Assembly: GCA_963811165.1 (NCBI GenBank)
Contig: CAWEQH010000010.1
Location: 192,001-256,000 of the forward strand
From: an uncultured Nitrospiraceae bacterium
GTDB lineage: Bacteria; Nitrospirota; Thermodesulfovibrionia; Thermodesulfovibrionales; UBA6898
Reading direction: 5' to 3'
DNA length: 64,000 nucleotides
The notes below the pieces were generated by a model that saw nothing but the letters and a program-made list of their open reading frames with translations, was not told the origin of the DNA and did no database searches. The translations under genes and the position numbers were made by a program. Positions 1 to 9,002 of the stretch are shown here, in pieces. Position 1 is the stretch's first letter. Each line of letters opens with the position of its first letter.

Positions 1-43
1 AGAGGACGGGTTTTAGGGAAAGAAAAGGGGGCCATACGCATTT

Positions 44-805
44 ATGATCGCGATATCGCTTCAGTCGGGCAGCAACGGAAACTGTATCTATGTCGAGTCC
101 TGCGGGATGAGACTGCTCTTTGACGCGGGGATATCCGGTGTGACGGCCGAGCGGAGGCTGGCCGACCATGGCCGCCAGATGAGGGATGTGGACGCTGTTA
201 TTCTATCCCATGACCACTCCGACCATGTAAAGTATTGCGGCGTTTACAGTCGCAAGTACGGACTTCCTCTGCATGTTACGGAAAGAACGATTGACGCTGC
301 GGACAGGAGAGGCGGACTCGGACCCCTTCGCAATTTGAAATTCTTTAAGGCAGGGGAGACGGTTTCGTTTGGTCCGGTTTCCGTGCGGACGATCCCGACT
401 CCGCATGACGGAAAAGACGGGGTGATCTTCGTAGTCGAATCAGGGGAGAAGCGCCTCGGCATAATGACCGATCTGGGGCATGTTTTCGACCGCCTGGTGA
501 GTGAGGTGGCCTCTTTGGATGCCGTATTCATGGAAAGCAATTATGATCCGGCCATGCTCGCCGCCGGTCCTTATCCTGCTTTTCTCAAACGCAGAATAGA
601 GGGGCCTGGGGGACATATCTCCAATATCGAGTCTGCCCAACTGCTCGACTGCGGCAAGCGGCTGAAATGGGCGTGCCTTTCGCATCTATCGGAACAAAAT
701 AACGATCCCGGTGTTGCGCTTCGGACCCATCAAGGCATCCTGGGCAGAAGGCTTAAACTCTATGCCGCCAGCCGCTACTGCGCTACCGGTCTCTTTCACG
801 TCTGA
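44..805 (+). CDS. MBL-fold metallo-hydrolase (YycJ/WalJ-like)
   Basis: SGSNGN N-terminus, SHDHSDH (HxHxDH), TDLG, ESNYD, GHISN and HLSEQNN motifs typical of the YycJ family. Confidence 0.85.
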   Translation: MIAISLQSGSNGNCIYVESCGMRLLFDAGISGVTAERRLADHGRQMRDVDAVILSHDHSDHVKYCGVYSRKYGLPLHVTERTIDAADRRGGLGPLRNLKFFKAGETVSFGPVSVRTIPTPHDGKDGVIFVVESGEKRLGIMTDLGHVFDRLVSEVASLDAVFMESNYDPAMLAAGPYPAFLKRRIEGPGGHISNIESAQLLDCGKRLKWACLSHLSEQNNDPGVALRTHQGILGRRLKLYAASRYCATGLFHV

Positions 806-845
806 ATTCCCCGATGTATTTTTGTAACGCCCCCGCCCTTGGCAC

Positions 846-868
846 CCCCCTCTTAAGGTAAGAGGGGG
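846..868. repeat. Palindromic intergenic repeat CCCCCTCTTA-AGG-TAAGAGGGGG
   Basis: Perfect 10-bp inverted repeat downstream of the MBL gene; similar style to 19622-19662. Confidence 0.6.
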
Positions 869-1031
869 ATGGGGGAGTATATGATTTGCCTTACCCTCTT
901 TCACCTCTTTATTAGATATCCCCCTGCTCGTTAAGAAAATTTCATGATTCCTTAATCCGCTTTTAATCTGCAGAGAGTATTCTTTAGACGTGCAGGGCAG
1001 ACAGAAAGGAAAATAAGGGAGGTGTCCCGTC

Positions 1032-1295
1032 ATGAAAGTCGAAGATAAGACAATAGAGTCACTTCCGGAACACAGCGTTAACATGCGGGACGGTTTTATG
1101 GAAGTCGGCCGGTCGAACATGAGGAAGCTAAACGGGCTGCTTACCATGTGCGCGTGGTGCAAAAAGGTCCGAGATGACCAAGGCTACTGGAAGCGTGTCG
1201 GGGCCTATATCTCTGAACTTCCTTATGGTACGATCACCCACGGCATCTGCCCTGATTGCGCCGTAAAGCTCACGGCCGAAATAGAAGCGTGTTGA
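1032..1295 (+). CDS. Small protein with stand-alone CxxC...HxxCxxC putative metal-binding domain
   Basis: GGAGG RBS; LLTMCAWCKKVRDDQGYW...THGICPDC matches a C-terminal module common on signalling proteins. Confidence 0.7.
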   Translation: MKVEDKTIESLPEHSVNMRDGFMEVGRSNMRKLNGLLTMCAWCKKVRDDQGYWKRVGAYISELPYGTITHGICPDCAVKLTAEIEAC

Positions 1296-1310
1296 AAAAG
1301 TCTTCTTGTT

Positions 1311-2432
1311 CTAGGGATTAAATTCCTTGAAGTCCGCTATGGCCTGAAGTAAGACCTTGCAGCCGTTATAGAGGTCCAGAAGATAAATACACTCGTCGTT
1401 TGAATGCACCTGCCGCATCCCGTTTGCCATATTGATCGCCTTAATCCCGTGCTCGTTGAATATGTTTGCGTCCGAGCCCCCTCCCGTTTCGATGGGGACA
1501 GGCTCGATTCCGCATCTGCTTAGGGCCCCGCTAAGATACTTGAGAAAGGCGTCTCCCCTGTCTATCGTAAAGGACCTGTATTCCTCCTGTTCGGAGATAA
1601 AGATTGATGCCCTGTCCTGATCTGCTATGGCCCGGGCCGTTTCGAAAAGACGCCTCTTGTTGTTTTCGAGCACGGAAGCGACGCGGCCCCTCAACTCACC
1701 GCGGATGACCGCTTCTCTGGGTACAACGTTTGTTGCGGTGCCCCCGTGGACAATACCTATATTGGCGGTTGTTTCGTTGTCGATTCTCCCGTCGGGGACG
1801 GCCGCGATGATCCGGGAGGCGACCCTTATCGCATTAAGGCCTTTTTCGGGTTCTATCCCTGCATGGGCGGATTTCCCGACGATACGCATTTCATACGTAA
1901 TATGTGTGGGTGCGGCGACCACCAAACGTCCCACGTCTCCTGAGGAGTCGAGCACGAGGCCGTGTCTGCTTTTAAGCGAGGAGAAGTCGAGGTTCTTTGC
2001 GCCCACGAGGCCCGTTTCTTCCGCCGAGGTGAAGACGATCTCGATCAGCCCGTGAGAAAACCTTTGTTCATGCAAAACGGTCAGGGCCTCTACTATCTGG
2101 GCCAGAGCGCTCTTGTCATCCGCACCGAGGACAGTCTTGCCCGTGGATTTTATCAGGACGTCATCGACGCTGAATTCTATTCCCTCGGTAGGCTCTATGG
2201 TATCCATATGGGCGCTAATAAGAAGGGGTGGCGCCCCGCCAGAGCCTCCTTTGCGGGCCACGATATTGAACGATTCATCGTATCGCTGCAGCTCGACGCT
2301 GCATCCCGCTCCCTCCAATCTTTCCGTAAGTACCTTGCCTATTTCTCCTTCTCGAAAGGAAGGGGAGTTTATCCTGAGGAGTTGTACAAACGTGTCGATG
2401 AGGCGTTTCCGGTTAATACTATGCGGTGGCAT
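1311..2432 (-). CDS. M20 family metallopeptidase (peptidase T-like)
   Basis: AHMDT, LGADDK, AEETG, GGGSDAN, VHS metal-ligand motifs. Confidence 0.9.
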   Translation of the reverse strand: MPPHSINRKRLIDTFVQLLRINSPSFREGEIGKVLTERLEGAGCSVELQRYDESFNIVARKGGSGGAPPLLISAHMDTIEPTEGIEFSVDDVLIKSTGKTVLGADDKSALAQIVEALTVLHEQRFSHGLIEIVFTSAEETGLVGAKNLDFSSLKSRHGLVLDSSGDVGRLVVAAPTHITYEMRIVGKSAHAGIEPEKGLNAIRVASRIIAAVPDGRIDNETTANIGIVHGGTATNVVPREAVIRGELRGRVASVLENNKRRLFETARAIADQDRASIFISEQEEYRSFTIDRGDAFLKYLSGALSRCGIEPVPIETGGGSDANIFNEHGIKAINMANGMRQVHSNDECIYLLDLYNGCKVLLQAIADFKEFNP

Positions 2433-2456
2433 GTCGTGTCTTTCTGATGGTCTTAC

Positions 2457-2768
2457 CTACTCGAGCGTCGACCAAAGGCATCCCTCTCCGAAGTCCTCTA
2501 TCCCCGAGTATTCCGCGCACGCCTTCGGCCGGTCCTCGTAGATATCACACCCATCAGGGGTGAGATGGGGACAGGTGTGCTTGAAGGAAAGGATTATCGC
2601 GTCTTCTTCCAGCCTGCTCACATCGAACCCGCGGGCCTTATAAAAATCTACTATCGTCTCGGCGCTGCAGCTGTAAAGGACAGGATGGGTGTAAACGAAA
2701 AGTTCATTGCAGCACTTCTGACAGGAGATGCAGAGCCTCTCCTTTTCGGTGAAATCCCTTTTTTTCAT
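2457..2768 (-). CDS. YkgJ-family cysteine cluster protein
   Basis: CxxCxxCC...CPHL...GCxIYEDRPxxC; start moved to ATG 2768, 7 nt after TGnTATAAT. Confidence 0.8.
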   Translation of the reverse strand: MKKRDFTEKERLCISCQKCCNELFVYTHPVLYSCSAETIVDFYKARGFDVSRLEEDAIILSFKHTCPHLTPDGCDIYEDRPKACAEYSGIEDFGEGCLWSTLE

Positions 2769-2870
2769 CTCCCTCATTATAACAAAACTGCCCGACCGCG
2801 ACACATTTCTTCCGTATCCTTCACTGCTCTTCGGGTATAATAGAGCGAGCGGATTAAGGGTGCACAATTC

Positions 2871-5234
2871 ATGGAATGTCTGAATATATCGGTCAAAGGG
2901 AAGGTCCAGGGGGTGGGGTTCAGGCCCTTTGTCTATAATCTCGCAAGGGAACTTGGCGTGAAGGGGTTTATCTCAAACACGGCCGAAGGCGTGTTAATTG
3001 CGGCTGAGGGCGGGGACCTCGGTTCTTTCCTTGAAAGGCTGCGGAAGGACAGTCCGCCCCTCTCAATGATCTTAAGCATAGATATTACGCCGTCCATGCC
3101 GACGGGTTGCGGCGATTTCTCCATAAAAGGCAGCTGCAAAAACGGCAGTTTTACACTCGTCTCGCCCGATGCGTCTGTCTGTGATGCTTGCCTTCATGAG
3201 ATGTTTGACCCGGAGGACAGGCGTTACCTCTATCCTTTTATTAATTGTACGAACTGCGGACCGAGATATTCGATCACCAAATCCGTGCCGTACGACCGGG
3301 TGCATACGACCATGAATGTCTTTACGATGTGCCCGCAGTGCAAGGCCGAATACGATGATCCTAAGAACAGACGCTTTCACGCACAGCCCAATGCATGCAG
3401 CCGGTGCGGACCCGCTGTAGCGCTGAGGGTTGTCAGGGAAGGGGTGGAGGTCTCCCGCGATAAAGACCCGGTGACTGAGACGATCAGGCTGCTTAAGGAG
3501 GGGCGGATCATCGCAATCAAAGGGCTCGGAGGTTTTCATCTCGCCTGTGATGCTTCGAACGAGGGTGCGGTCCTTGTCTTAAGGGAAAGAAAGAGAAGAA
3601 ATAATAAACCCTTTGCGCTGATGTCGCCGGAAATCGCCTCCATAAAGAAGTTCTGTTATGTTTCCGAAAAAGAGGAAGCTCTGCTGACGGCTGAAAAAAG
3701 GCCTGTCCTGCTTCTGAGAAAGAAGGAGGACTTCGGACTCGCGAGGGCTGTTTCTCCCAACAATAAATATGCGGGTTTCATGCTTCCGTATACGCCGCTC
3801 CATTACTTGCTCCTTCACCACCCCATTGCCGCTTCTTATCAGGGAGGGGATGGCGCAGGTCCCCGCTTCGATGCCCTTGTCATGACAAGCGGAAATGTCT
3901 CGGAGGAACCGATCGTGACCGACAATGACGAGGCGATTGCGAAACTCTCCGGCATTGCCGATGCCTTCCTGCTCCATGACCGGGGGATATTCATGAGGGT
4001 CGACGATTCTGTGGTAAAGGTCGGATATAGCGGTGGCGTAGCAGCGGGCGCGTGGCCTGCGGAAGAAACACCGCTTTTTTTTATCAGAAGGTCAAGGGGA
4101 TATGTTCCCGATCCCATCCCTTTAAAGGAGGATGGGCCGGAGGTCCTCGGCTGCGGGGCGGATTTGAAAAACACCTTTACGCTGACGAAGGGCAGGTATG
4201 CGATCCCTAGCCAGCATATCGGTGACATGGAGAATTACGAGACCCTCCGGTTTTTTGAGGAGACCCTTGAGAACCTAAAGGCGGTTTACAGGGCGGCGCC
4301 GGAGGCGATCGCGTACGATCCTCATCCCGCTTATCTCTCATCAAGGTGGGCCTTAAGACAGGAAGGAATAGAGAAGTATCCTATCCAGCATCATTACGCA
4401 CACGTCGCCTCCGTAATGGCTGAAAGGGGGATAAAGGAGAAGGTCATAGGCATCTCCTTTGACGGCACGGGGTACGGAGATGACGGAACGCTCTGGGGAG
4501 GAGAGTTTCTCATCGCCGACACAAGGGGCTTTAAAAGGGCGGGGCACCTTGACTGTATACCGCTACCGGGCGGCGAAATGGCGGTGAAGGAGCCCTGGAG
4601 GATATCCCTTGCCTATCTTTCAGAGGCGGTAGGACAACAGATATGGGAATATATCGGACCGACGGGGTTCGTCGAAAAATACGGCAGGGAGAAGATCGAA
4701 GGGATATTGAAGATCTCCGGGATGAGGGATTTTTCTCCTCTGTCTTCGGGTGCGGGCAGGCTTTTCGACGCGGTGTCGGCGCTGATGGGGGTGTGCGACG
4801 AAAACACCTTTGAGGGCGAGGCGGCTATGGCCCTGGAATCCCTTGTGGTTGACGGGCTGGACGATGATTACCCGGTAGATATAAGATTTAAGGAAGTGAT
4901 AGGTATAGATTTCTGCCCGGTGATATTGGGTATACTGAAAGACCTCGGAAATCAGGTGGACAAAAGGGTGATGGCTACGAAATTCCATAATACGGTCGCA
5001 ACCGCTGTCTTAAGGACCGCGGTCAAGCTCTCTGCGGCGCATAACATAAGGAAGGTCGCCTTAAGCGGTGGCGTATTCCAGAATTCGTATCTTCTTGGAA
5101 GGGTGGCATACTCCCTGAGGTACGAAGGGCTGGAGGTATACGTCAATGAACTGGTGCCCTCTAACGATGCCGGCATCTCTTTGGGCCAGGCGTATATACT
5201 CAGAGAGAGGCTCAGAGATGGAGTGAAGGAATAG
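2871..5234 (+). CDS. hypF: Carbamoyltransferase HypF
   Basis: Acylphosphatase GxVQGVGFRPF, zinc fingers CTNCGPRY/CPQC/CSRCGP, KGLGGFHL, QHHYAH, DGTGYG, NDAGISLGQ. Confidence 0.97.
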   Translation: MECLNISVKGKVQGVGFRPFVYNLARELGVKGFISNTAEGVLIAAEGGDLGSFLERLRKDSPPLSMILSIDITPSMPTGCGDFSIKGSCKNGSFTLVSPDASVCDACLHEMFDPEDRRYLYPFINCTNCGPRYSITKSVPYDRVHTTMNVFTMCPQCKAEYDDPKNRRFHAQPNACSRCGPAVALRVVREGVEVSRDKDPVTETIRLLKEGRIIAIKGLGGFHLACDASNEGAVLVLRERKRRNNKPFALMSPEIASIKKFCYVSEKEEALLTAEKRPVLLLRKKEDFGLARAVSPNNKYAGFMLPYTPLHYLLLHHPIAASYQGGDGAGPRFDALVMTSGNVSEEPIVTDNDEAIAKLSGIADAFLLHDRGIFMRVDDSVVKVGYSGGVAAGAWPAEETPLFFIRRSRGYVPDPIPLKEDGPEVLGCGADLKNTFTLTKGRYAIPSQHIGDMENYETLRFFEETLENLKAVYRAAPEAIAYDPHPAYLSSRWALRQEGIEKYPIQHHYAHVASVMAERGIKEKVIGISFDGTGYGDDGTLWGGEFLIADTRGFKRAGHLDCIPLPGGEMAVKEPWRISLAYLSEAVGQQIWEYIGPTGFVEKYGREKIEGILKISGMRDFSPLSSGAGRLFDAVSALMGVCDENTFEGEAAMALESLVVDGLDDDYPVDIRFKEVIGIDFCPVILGILKDLGNQVDKRVMATKFHNTVATAVLRTAVKLSAAHNIRKVALSGGVFQNSYLLGRVAYSLRYEGLEVYVNELVPSNDAGISLGQAYILRERLRDGVKE

Positions 5235-5237
5235 GTT

Positions 5238-6311
5238 ATGGATAGCGCTGATGCTCTCAAACGACTCATGGATTCAATAGGAAAGCCGGTCAGACTGATG
5301 GAGGTCTGCGGGACCCATACCGTGGCAATTTTCAGACTGGGCATAAGGGACCTTCTCCCGGCGGGCATAACGCTTTTGAGCGGACCCGGTTGTCCGGTCT
5401 GTGTTACGGCGATAAGGGACGTGGATACGGCAATAGCCGTATCGATGCAAAAAGGGGCCATCCTTACTACTTTTGGGGATATGATGAGGGTCCCCGGCAG
5501 CAAAGGGTCCCTTCTTAACGCAAAGGCCGAAGGGGGCGATGTCCGGGTGGTCTATTCGCCGCTTGACGCCCTGGGGATCGCTTCCGAGAACCCCGACAAA
5601 AAGGTCATTTTTTTCGCAACCGGCTTTGAAACGACATCTCCATTGGTTGCCGGTACCATAATAGAGGCGGAGAAAAAAGGCGTGGATAATTTTTTTATCT
5701 ATTCAGTCCATAAAACAGTCCCTCCTGCGCTTAAGGCCCTGCTTGATTCCGGCGAGGTAAGGGTGGATGGATTCATCCTTCCGGGACACGTCAGCACGGT
5801 GATCGGAAGCATTCCTTATGACTTCATCGCCTCGGGGTATAAGAAGCCTTCCGTTGTCACGGGTTTTGACGCCCCTGACATCATTTCGGGGATACGGATG
5901 ATCCTTGAGCAGCTGGCCTCGGGAAAGGCGGAAGTCGAGATTCAGTACAAAAAGGTTGTAAGAAAAGAGGGCAACCCGAAGGCCATTTCAATACTGTATA
6001 CGTGTTTCGAAGCCGATGATGCAGGGTGGAGAGGCATCGGTACCATCCCGATGAGCGGTCTGAAACTAAGAGAAGAATTCAGGCACAGGGACTTCAGGTC
6101 TGTCTTCACTGTCGACGTTCCTGCGGTTGACGACCATGCGACCGCTTGCTCGTGCGGAGATGTTCTTAAGGGGGTCAAGGTCCCCAGCGACTGCAAACTC
6201 TTCGGAAAGGCATGCACACCGGACAAGCCTGTGGGGCCATGCATGGTGAGTTCCGAGGGAAGCTGCGCCGCCTATTATAAATATAAGGCTCTGGGGAAAA
6301 TAAAATTGTGA
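5238..6311 (+). CDS. hypD: Hydrogenase maturation protein HypD
   Basis: MEVCGTHT, GPGCPVC, GFETT, PGHVS, CMVSSEGSCAAYY. Confidence 0.97.
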   Translation: MDSADALKRLMDSIGKPVRLMEVCGTHTVAIFRLGIRDLLPAGITLLSGPGCPVCVTAIRDVDTAIAVSMQKGAILTTFGDMMRVPGSKGSLLNAKAEGGDVRVVYSPLDALGIASENPDKKVIFFATGFETTSPLVAGTIIEAEKKGVDNFFIYSVHKTVPPALKALLDSGEVRVDGFILPGHVSTVIGSIPYDFIASGYKKPSVVTGFDAPDIISGIRMILEQLASGKAEVEIQYKKVVRKEGNPKAISILYTCFEADDAGWRGIGTIPMSGLKLREEFRHRDFRSVFTVDVPAVDDHATACSCGDVLKGVKVPSDCKLFGKACTPDKPVGPCMVSSEGSCAAYYKYKALGKIKL

Positions 6312-6318
6312 GGTCTAC

Positions 6319-7317
6319 ATGGAACTGATCCAGCTTGCCCACGGAAGCGGCGGGCGCATGATGCATCAGCTGATAAAGGATTTTTTTGTCCCGGCGTTTG
6401 ACCTTAGGGAACTGGGTGATTCGGCTGTCCTTGAGAATACTTTTTCAGGCAGGATCGCGATCACTACGGATTCGTATGTGGTATCTCCCCTCTTTTTCCC
6501 GGGCGGCGACATAGGGCGGCTTTCCGTCTGCGGCACGGTAAACGACCTCGCTGTTTCGGGCGCGACCCCGATATACATGACGGTGGGCTTTATCATAGAG
6601 GAAGGATTTCCGGTTGATCATCTCAAGCGGATTCTGGGCTCAATGAGGGCCGCGTCTGAGGAGGCAGGGGTACGGATCGTTGCGGGCGATACGAAAGTTG
6701 TCGACAGGGGAAAGGCCGACGGTATTTTCATCAATACGGCGGGATTTGGGGTTGTGGGAGAAGGGCTCGACTTGTCTCCCAAGAAGGTGAAGCCCGGAGA
6801 CAGGGTGCTTCTGAGCGGAAGCATAGGGAACCACGGCGTTTCGGTCATGGCCGAGAGAAACGGTATATCTTTCGAACCTCCGCTTCTGAGCGATGTGGGA
6901 CCGTTGAATGCACTGGTAAAGAGGATGGCGGACAGGACGAAAAATATTCGCATGATGAGAGACCCTACCAGGGGAGGTGTTGCGACCACCCTCAAAGAGA
7001 TTGCGTCCGAATCGGGATGTTGCATCGTGATTGATGAGTCTGCGATAAGGGTAGAACCGGGGGTAAAGGGCGCCTGCGAACTTCTCGGCCTTGACCCTCT
7101 TTATATTGCAAATGAAGGTATTCTCATCGCTATTGTCGATCCGGAGGTCGCGGAGGCGCTCGCAGATGAAATGAGGAAAACGGCGGAAGGCGCCGGGACG
7201 GCCATTATCGGAGAGGTTGTGGAAACGCCGGGAGAGACCGTATTATTGAAAACAAATATCGGCGGTATTAGAATAATAGACATGCTTTCCGGGGACCAGC
7301 TGCCCAGGATATGTTAG
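6319..7317 (+). CDS. hypE: Hydrogenase maturation protein HypE
   Basis: LAHGSGG, GDTKVV, RDPTRGG, ANEG and C-terminal LPRIC. Confidence 0.97.
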   Translation: MELIQLAHGSGGRMMHQLIKDFFVPAFDLRELGDSAVLENTFSGRIAITTDSYVVSPLFFPGGDIGRLSVCGTVNDLAVSGATPIYMTVGFIIEEGFPVDHLKRILGSMRAASEEAGVRIVAGDTKVVDRGKADGIFINTAGFGVVGEGLDLSPKKVKPGDRVLLSGSIGNHGVSVMAERNGISFEPPLLSDVGPLNALVKRMADRTKNIRMMRDPTRGGVATTLKEIASESGCCIVIDESAIRVEPGVKGACELLGLDPLYIANEGILIAIVDPEVAEALADEMRKTAEGAGTAIIGEVVETPGETVLLKTNIGGIRIIDMLSGDQLPRIC

Positions 7318-7358
7318 AGGAACAGTCATCATAAAGCTCGGATAAAAAGGGGCACACT

Positions 7359-7805
7359 ATGGGGGAAAAAAAGGTCGGTCTCGAAAGGTCGGTAGTGAGG
7401 TTGAATGACGGAAGCCTGCTGAAGGGATATCTGATAGATTTCTCGCCCGACAGAGAGAAGGTTCTTCTTCGGGAGGCGGTAACAGACAAGATCCATACGC
7501 TTAGTACCGGGGACATGAAGGCGGTCTTTTTTGTGAAGTCCTTCGAAGGGGACTATGATTATAAGGACAGGAAATCGTATGGCATAAGGAAGCCCACGGG
7601 CAACAGGGTCTTTGTGAAGTTCAAGGACGGGGAACGGCTTGTGGGGTTTGTCGACGGCAAGGTACCTTGGGAGAAGGGTTTTTTTCTGTCGAGAAGGAAG
7701 AATGAGGGGAAGGGATTTTTTTTGCTTCCTGCTGATGAAGATACCAACAATATAAAGGTTTTCGTCATCTCTTCATCGGTTGACGATGTTACGGTGGTAC
7801 CCTGA
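7359..7805 (+). CDS. Hypothetical protein with two similar halves (DUF6982-like)
   Basis: Repeated VxxxxxDG..LxG pattern in both halves; KAVFFVK and FFLLPAD..NN motifs. Confidence 0.6.
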   Translation: MGEKKVGLERSVVRLNDGSLLKGYLIDFSPDREKVLLREAVTDKIHTLSTGDMKAVFFVKSFEGDYDYKDRKSYGIRKPTGNRVFVKFKDGERLVGFVDGKVPWEKGFFLSRRKNEGKGFFLLPADEDTNNIKVFVISSSVDDVTVVP

Positions 7806-7834
7806 ACAATAAATGAACTGTGAATGGAGATCAG

Positions 7835-8566
7835 ATGATTCTTGGAGTTAATGTCGACCATGTAGCGACGTTGAGACAGGCGAGGCTCGGGAGAGAACCC
7901 GAGCCGGTCATGGCGGCCACGCTGGCCATACTAGGCGGCGCCGACGGAATTACCGTGCACCTCAGGGAGGACAGAAGGCATATTTGCGACAGGGACCTTG
8001 AGCTATTGAGGAAATTCATTCAGGTCGAACTCAACCTGGAGATGGCTGCCACGAAGGAGATATTGAAAATAGCGGTCAAGACCGGTCCCGACCTTGTTAC
8101 CCTCGTCCCTGAAAAGAGGCAGGAACTCACTACAGAGGGGGGGATCGACGTAAGACGGGGCAGGTCCGTTATCAGGCAGGCGGTGAAGGTCCTTCACGAC
8201 AGCGGCATCAGCGTCAGTCTCTTTATCAACCCTGATCCCCAGGACGTCATGATCTCCAAAGAGATCGGGGCCGACATGGTCGAAATACATACCGGGGGCT
8301 ATTCGGACGGGAAAGGCAGGAAGCAGGAAAGAGAACTGGCGAGGGTCATCAGCGCTGTGCAAAAGGCCGGGGATATCGGTCTTAAGGCAAATGCCGGCCA
8401 CGGTCTCAATTATTATAACGTCTCGAGGGTTGCGGAGCTGGAAGGCCTCAGAGGGCTTTATATCGGGCATAGCATTATTTCCAGGGCCGTGCTTGTCGGT
8501 CTTGAAAGGGCCGTAAGAGAGATGAAGGAATTGATTAACAGGGCCGAAGCGAAAGACAAGAAGTGA
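7835..8566 (+). CDS. pdxJ: Pyridoxine 5'-phosphate synthase
   Basis: LGVNVDHVATLRQAR, HLREDRRHI, ELTTEGG, AGHGL; ATG 7835 follows GGAG. Confidence 0.97.
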   Translation: MILGVNVDHVATLRQARLGREPEPVMAATLAILGGADGITVHLREDRRHICDRDLELLRKFIQVELNLEMAATKEILKIAVKTGPDLVTLVPEKRQELTTEGGIDVRRGRSVIRQAVKVLHDSGISVSLFINPDPQDVMISKEIGADMVEIHTGGYSDGKGRKQERELARVISAVQKAGDIGLKANAGHGLNYYNVSRVAELEGLRGLYIGHSIISRAVLVGLERAVREMKELINRAEAKDKK

Positions 8567-8603
8567 ATAGTACACAGTAAGATGTGAAACGTGAAAAGTG
8601 ATG
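8562..8603 (+). repeat. Degenerate heptamer tandem repeat (six units, consensus aGTGAAA)
   Basis: AGTGAAT AGTACAC AGTAAGA TGTGAAA CGTGAAA AGTGATG between pdxJ and acpS. Confidence 0.6.
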
Positions 8604-8607
8604 ACTT

Positions 8608-8979
8608 ATGATATATGGAATCGGCATAGACATGGTGAAGATCGAGAGGATGAAGGGCGCTGTGGAGCGGTGGGGAGACAGATTTCTCCGCAGGGTATTT
8701 ACCGAAAATGAAATTGCCTATTCCTACGAAAAAAAAGAGCCTTTCCTTTCTCTCTCCGTGAGGTTTGCGGCGAAGGAGGCGTTCATCAAGGCGATCGGAT
8801 CTGAAATTCCCGTGGCGCTGACCGATATAGAGGTAATGAATTACGGCAGCGGGCGGCCTTTTATCGAGGTCAGGGGCCGGCTCAGAACTTTTTTTAAAGA
8901 GAAATCGATCAGATGCGCCCATCTGAGTATGAGCCATGAGCGTGAATACGGCGTCGCCTGCGTCATAGTAGAGCAATAA
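8608..8979 (+). CDS. acpS: Holo-[acyl-carrier-protein] synthase
   Basis: GIGIDMV, RFAAKEAFIKA, HLSMSH; follows pdxJ. Confidence 0.95.
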   Translation: MIYGIGIDMVKIERMKGAVERWGDRFLRRVFTENEIAYSYEKKEPFLSLSVRFAAKEAFIKAIGSEIPVALTDIEVMNYGSGRPFIEVRGRLRTFFKEKSIRCAHLSMSHEREYGVACVIVEQ

Positions 8980-9002
8980 TAATCCGGTTGCAAGGGGGAA
9001 CA

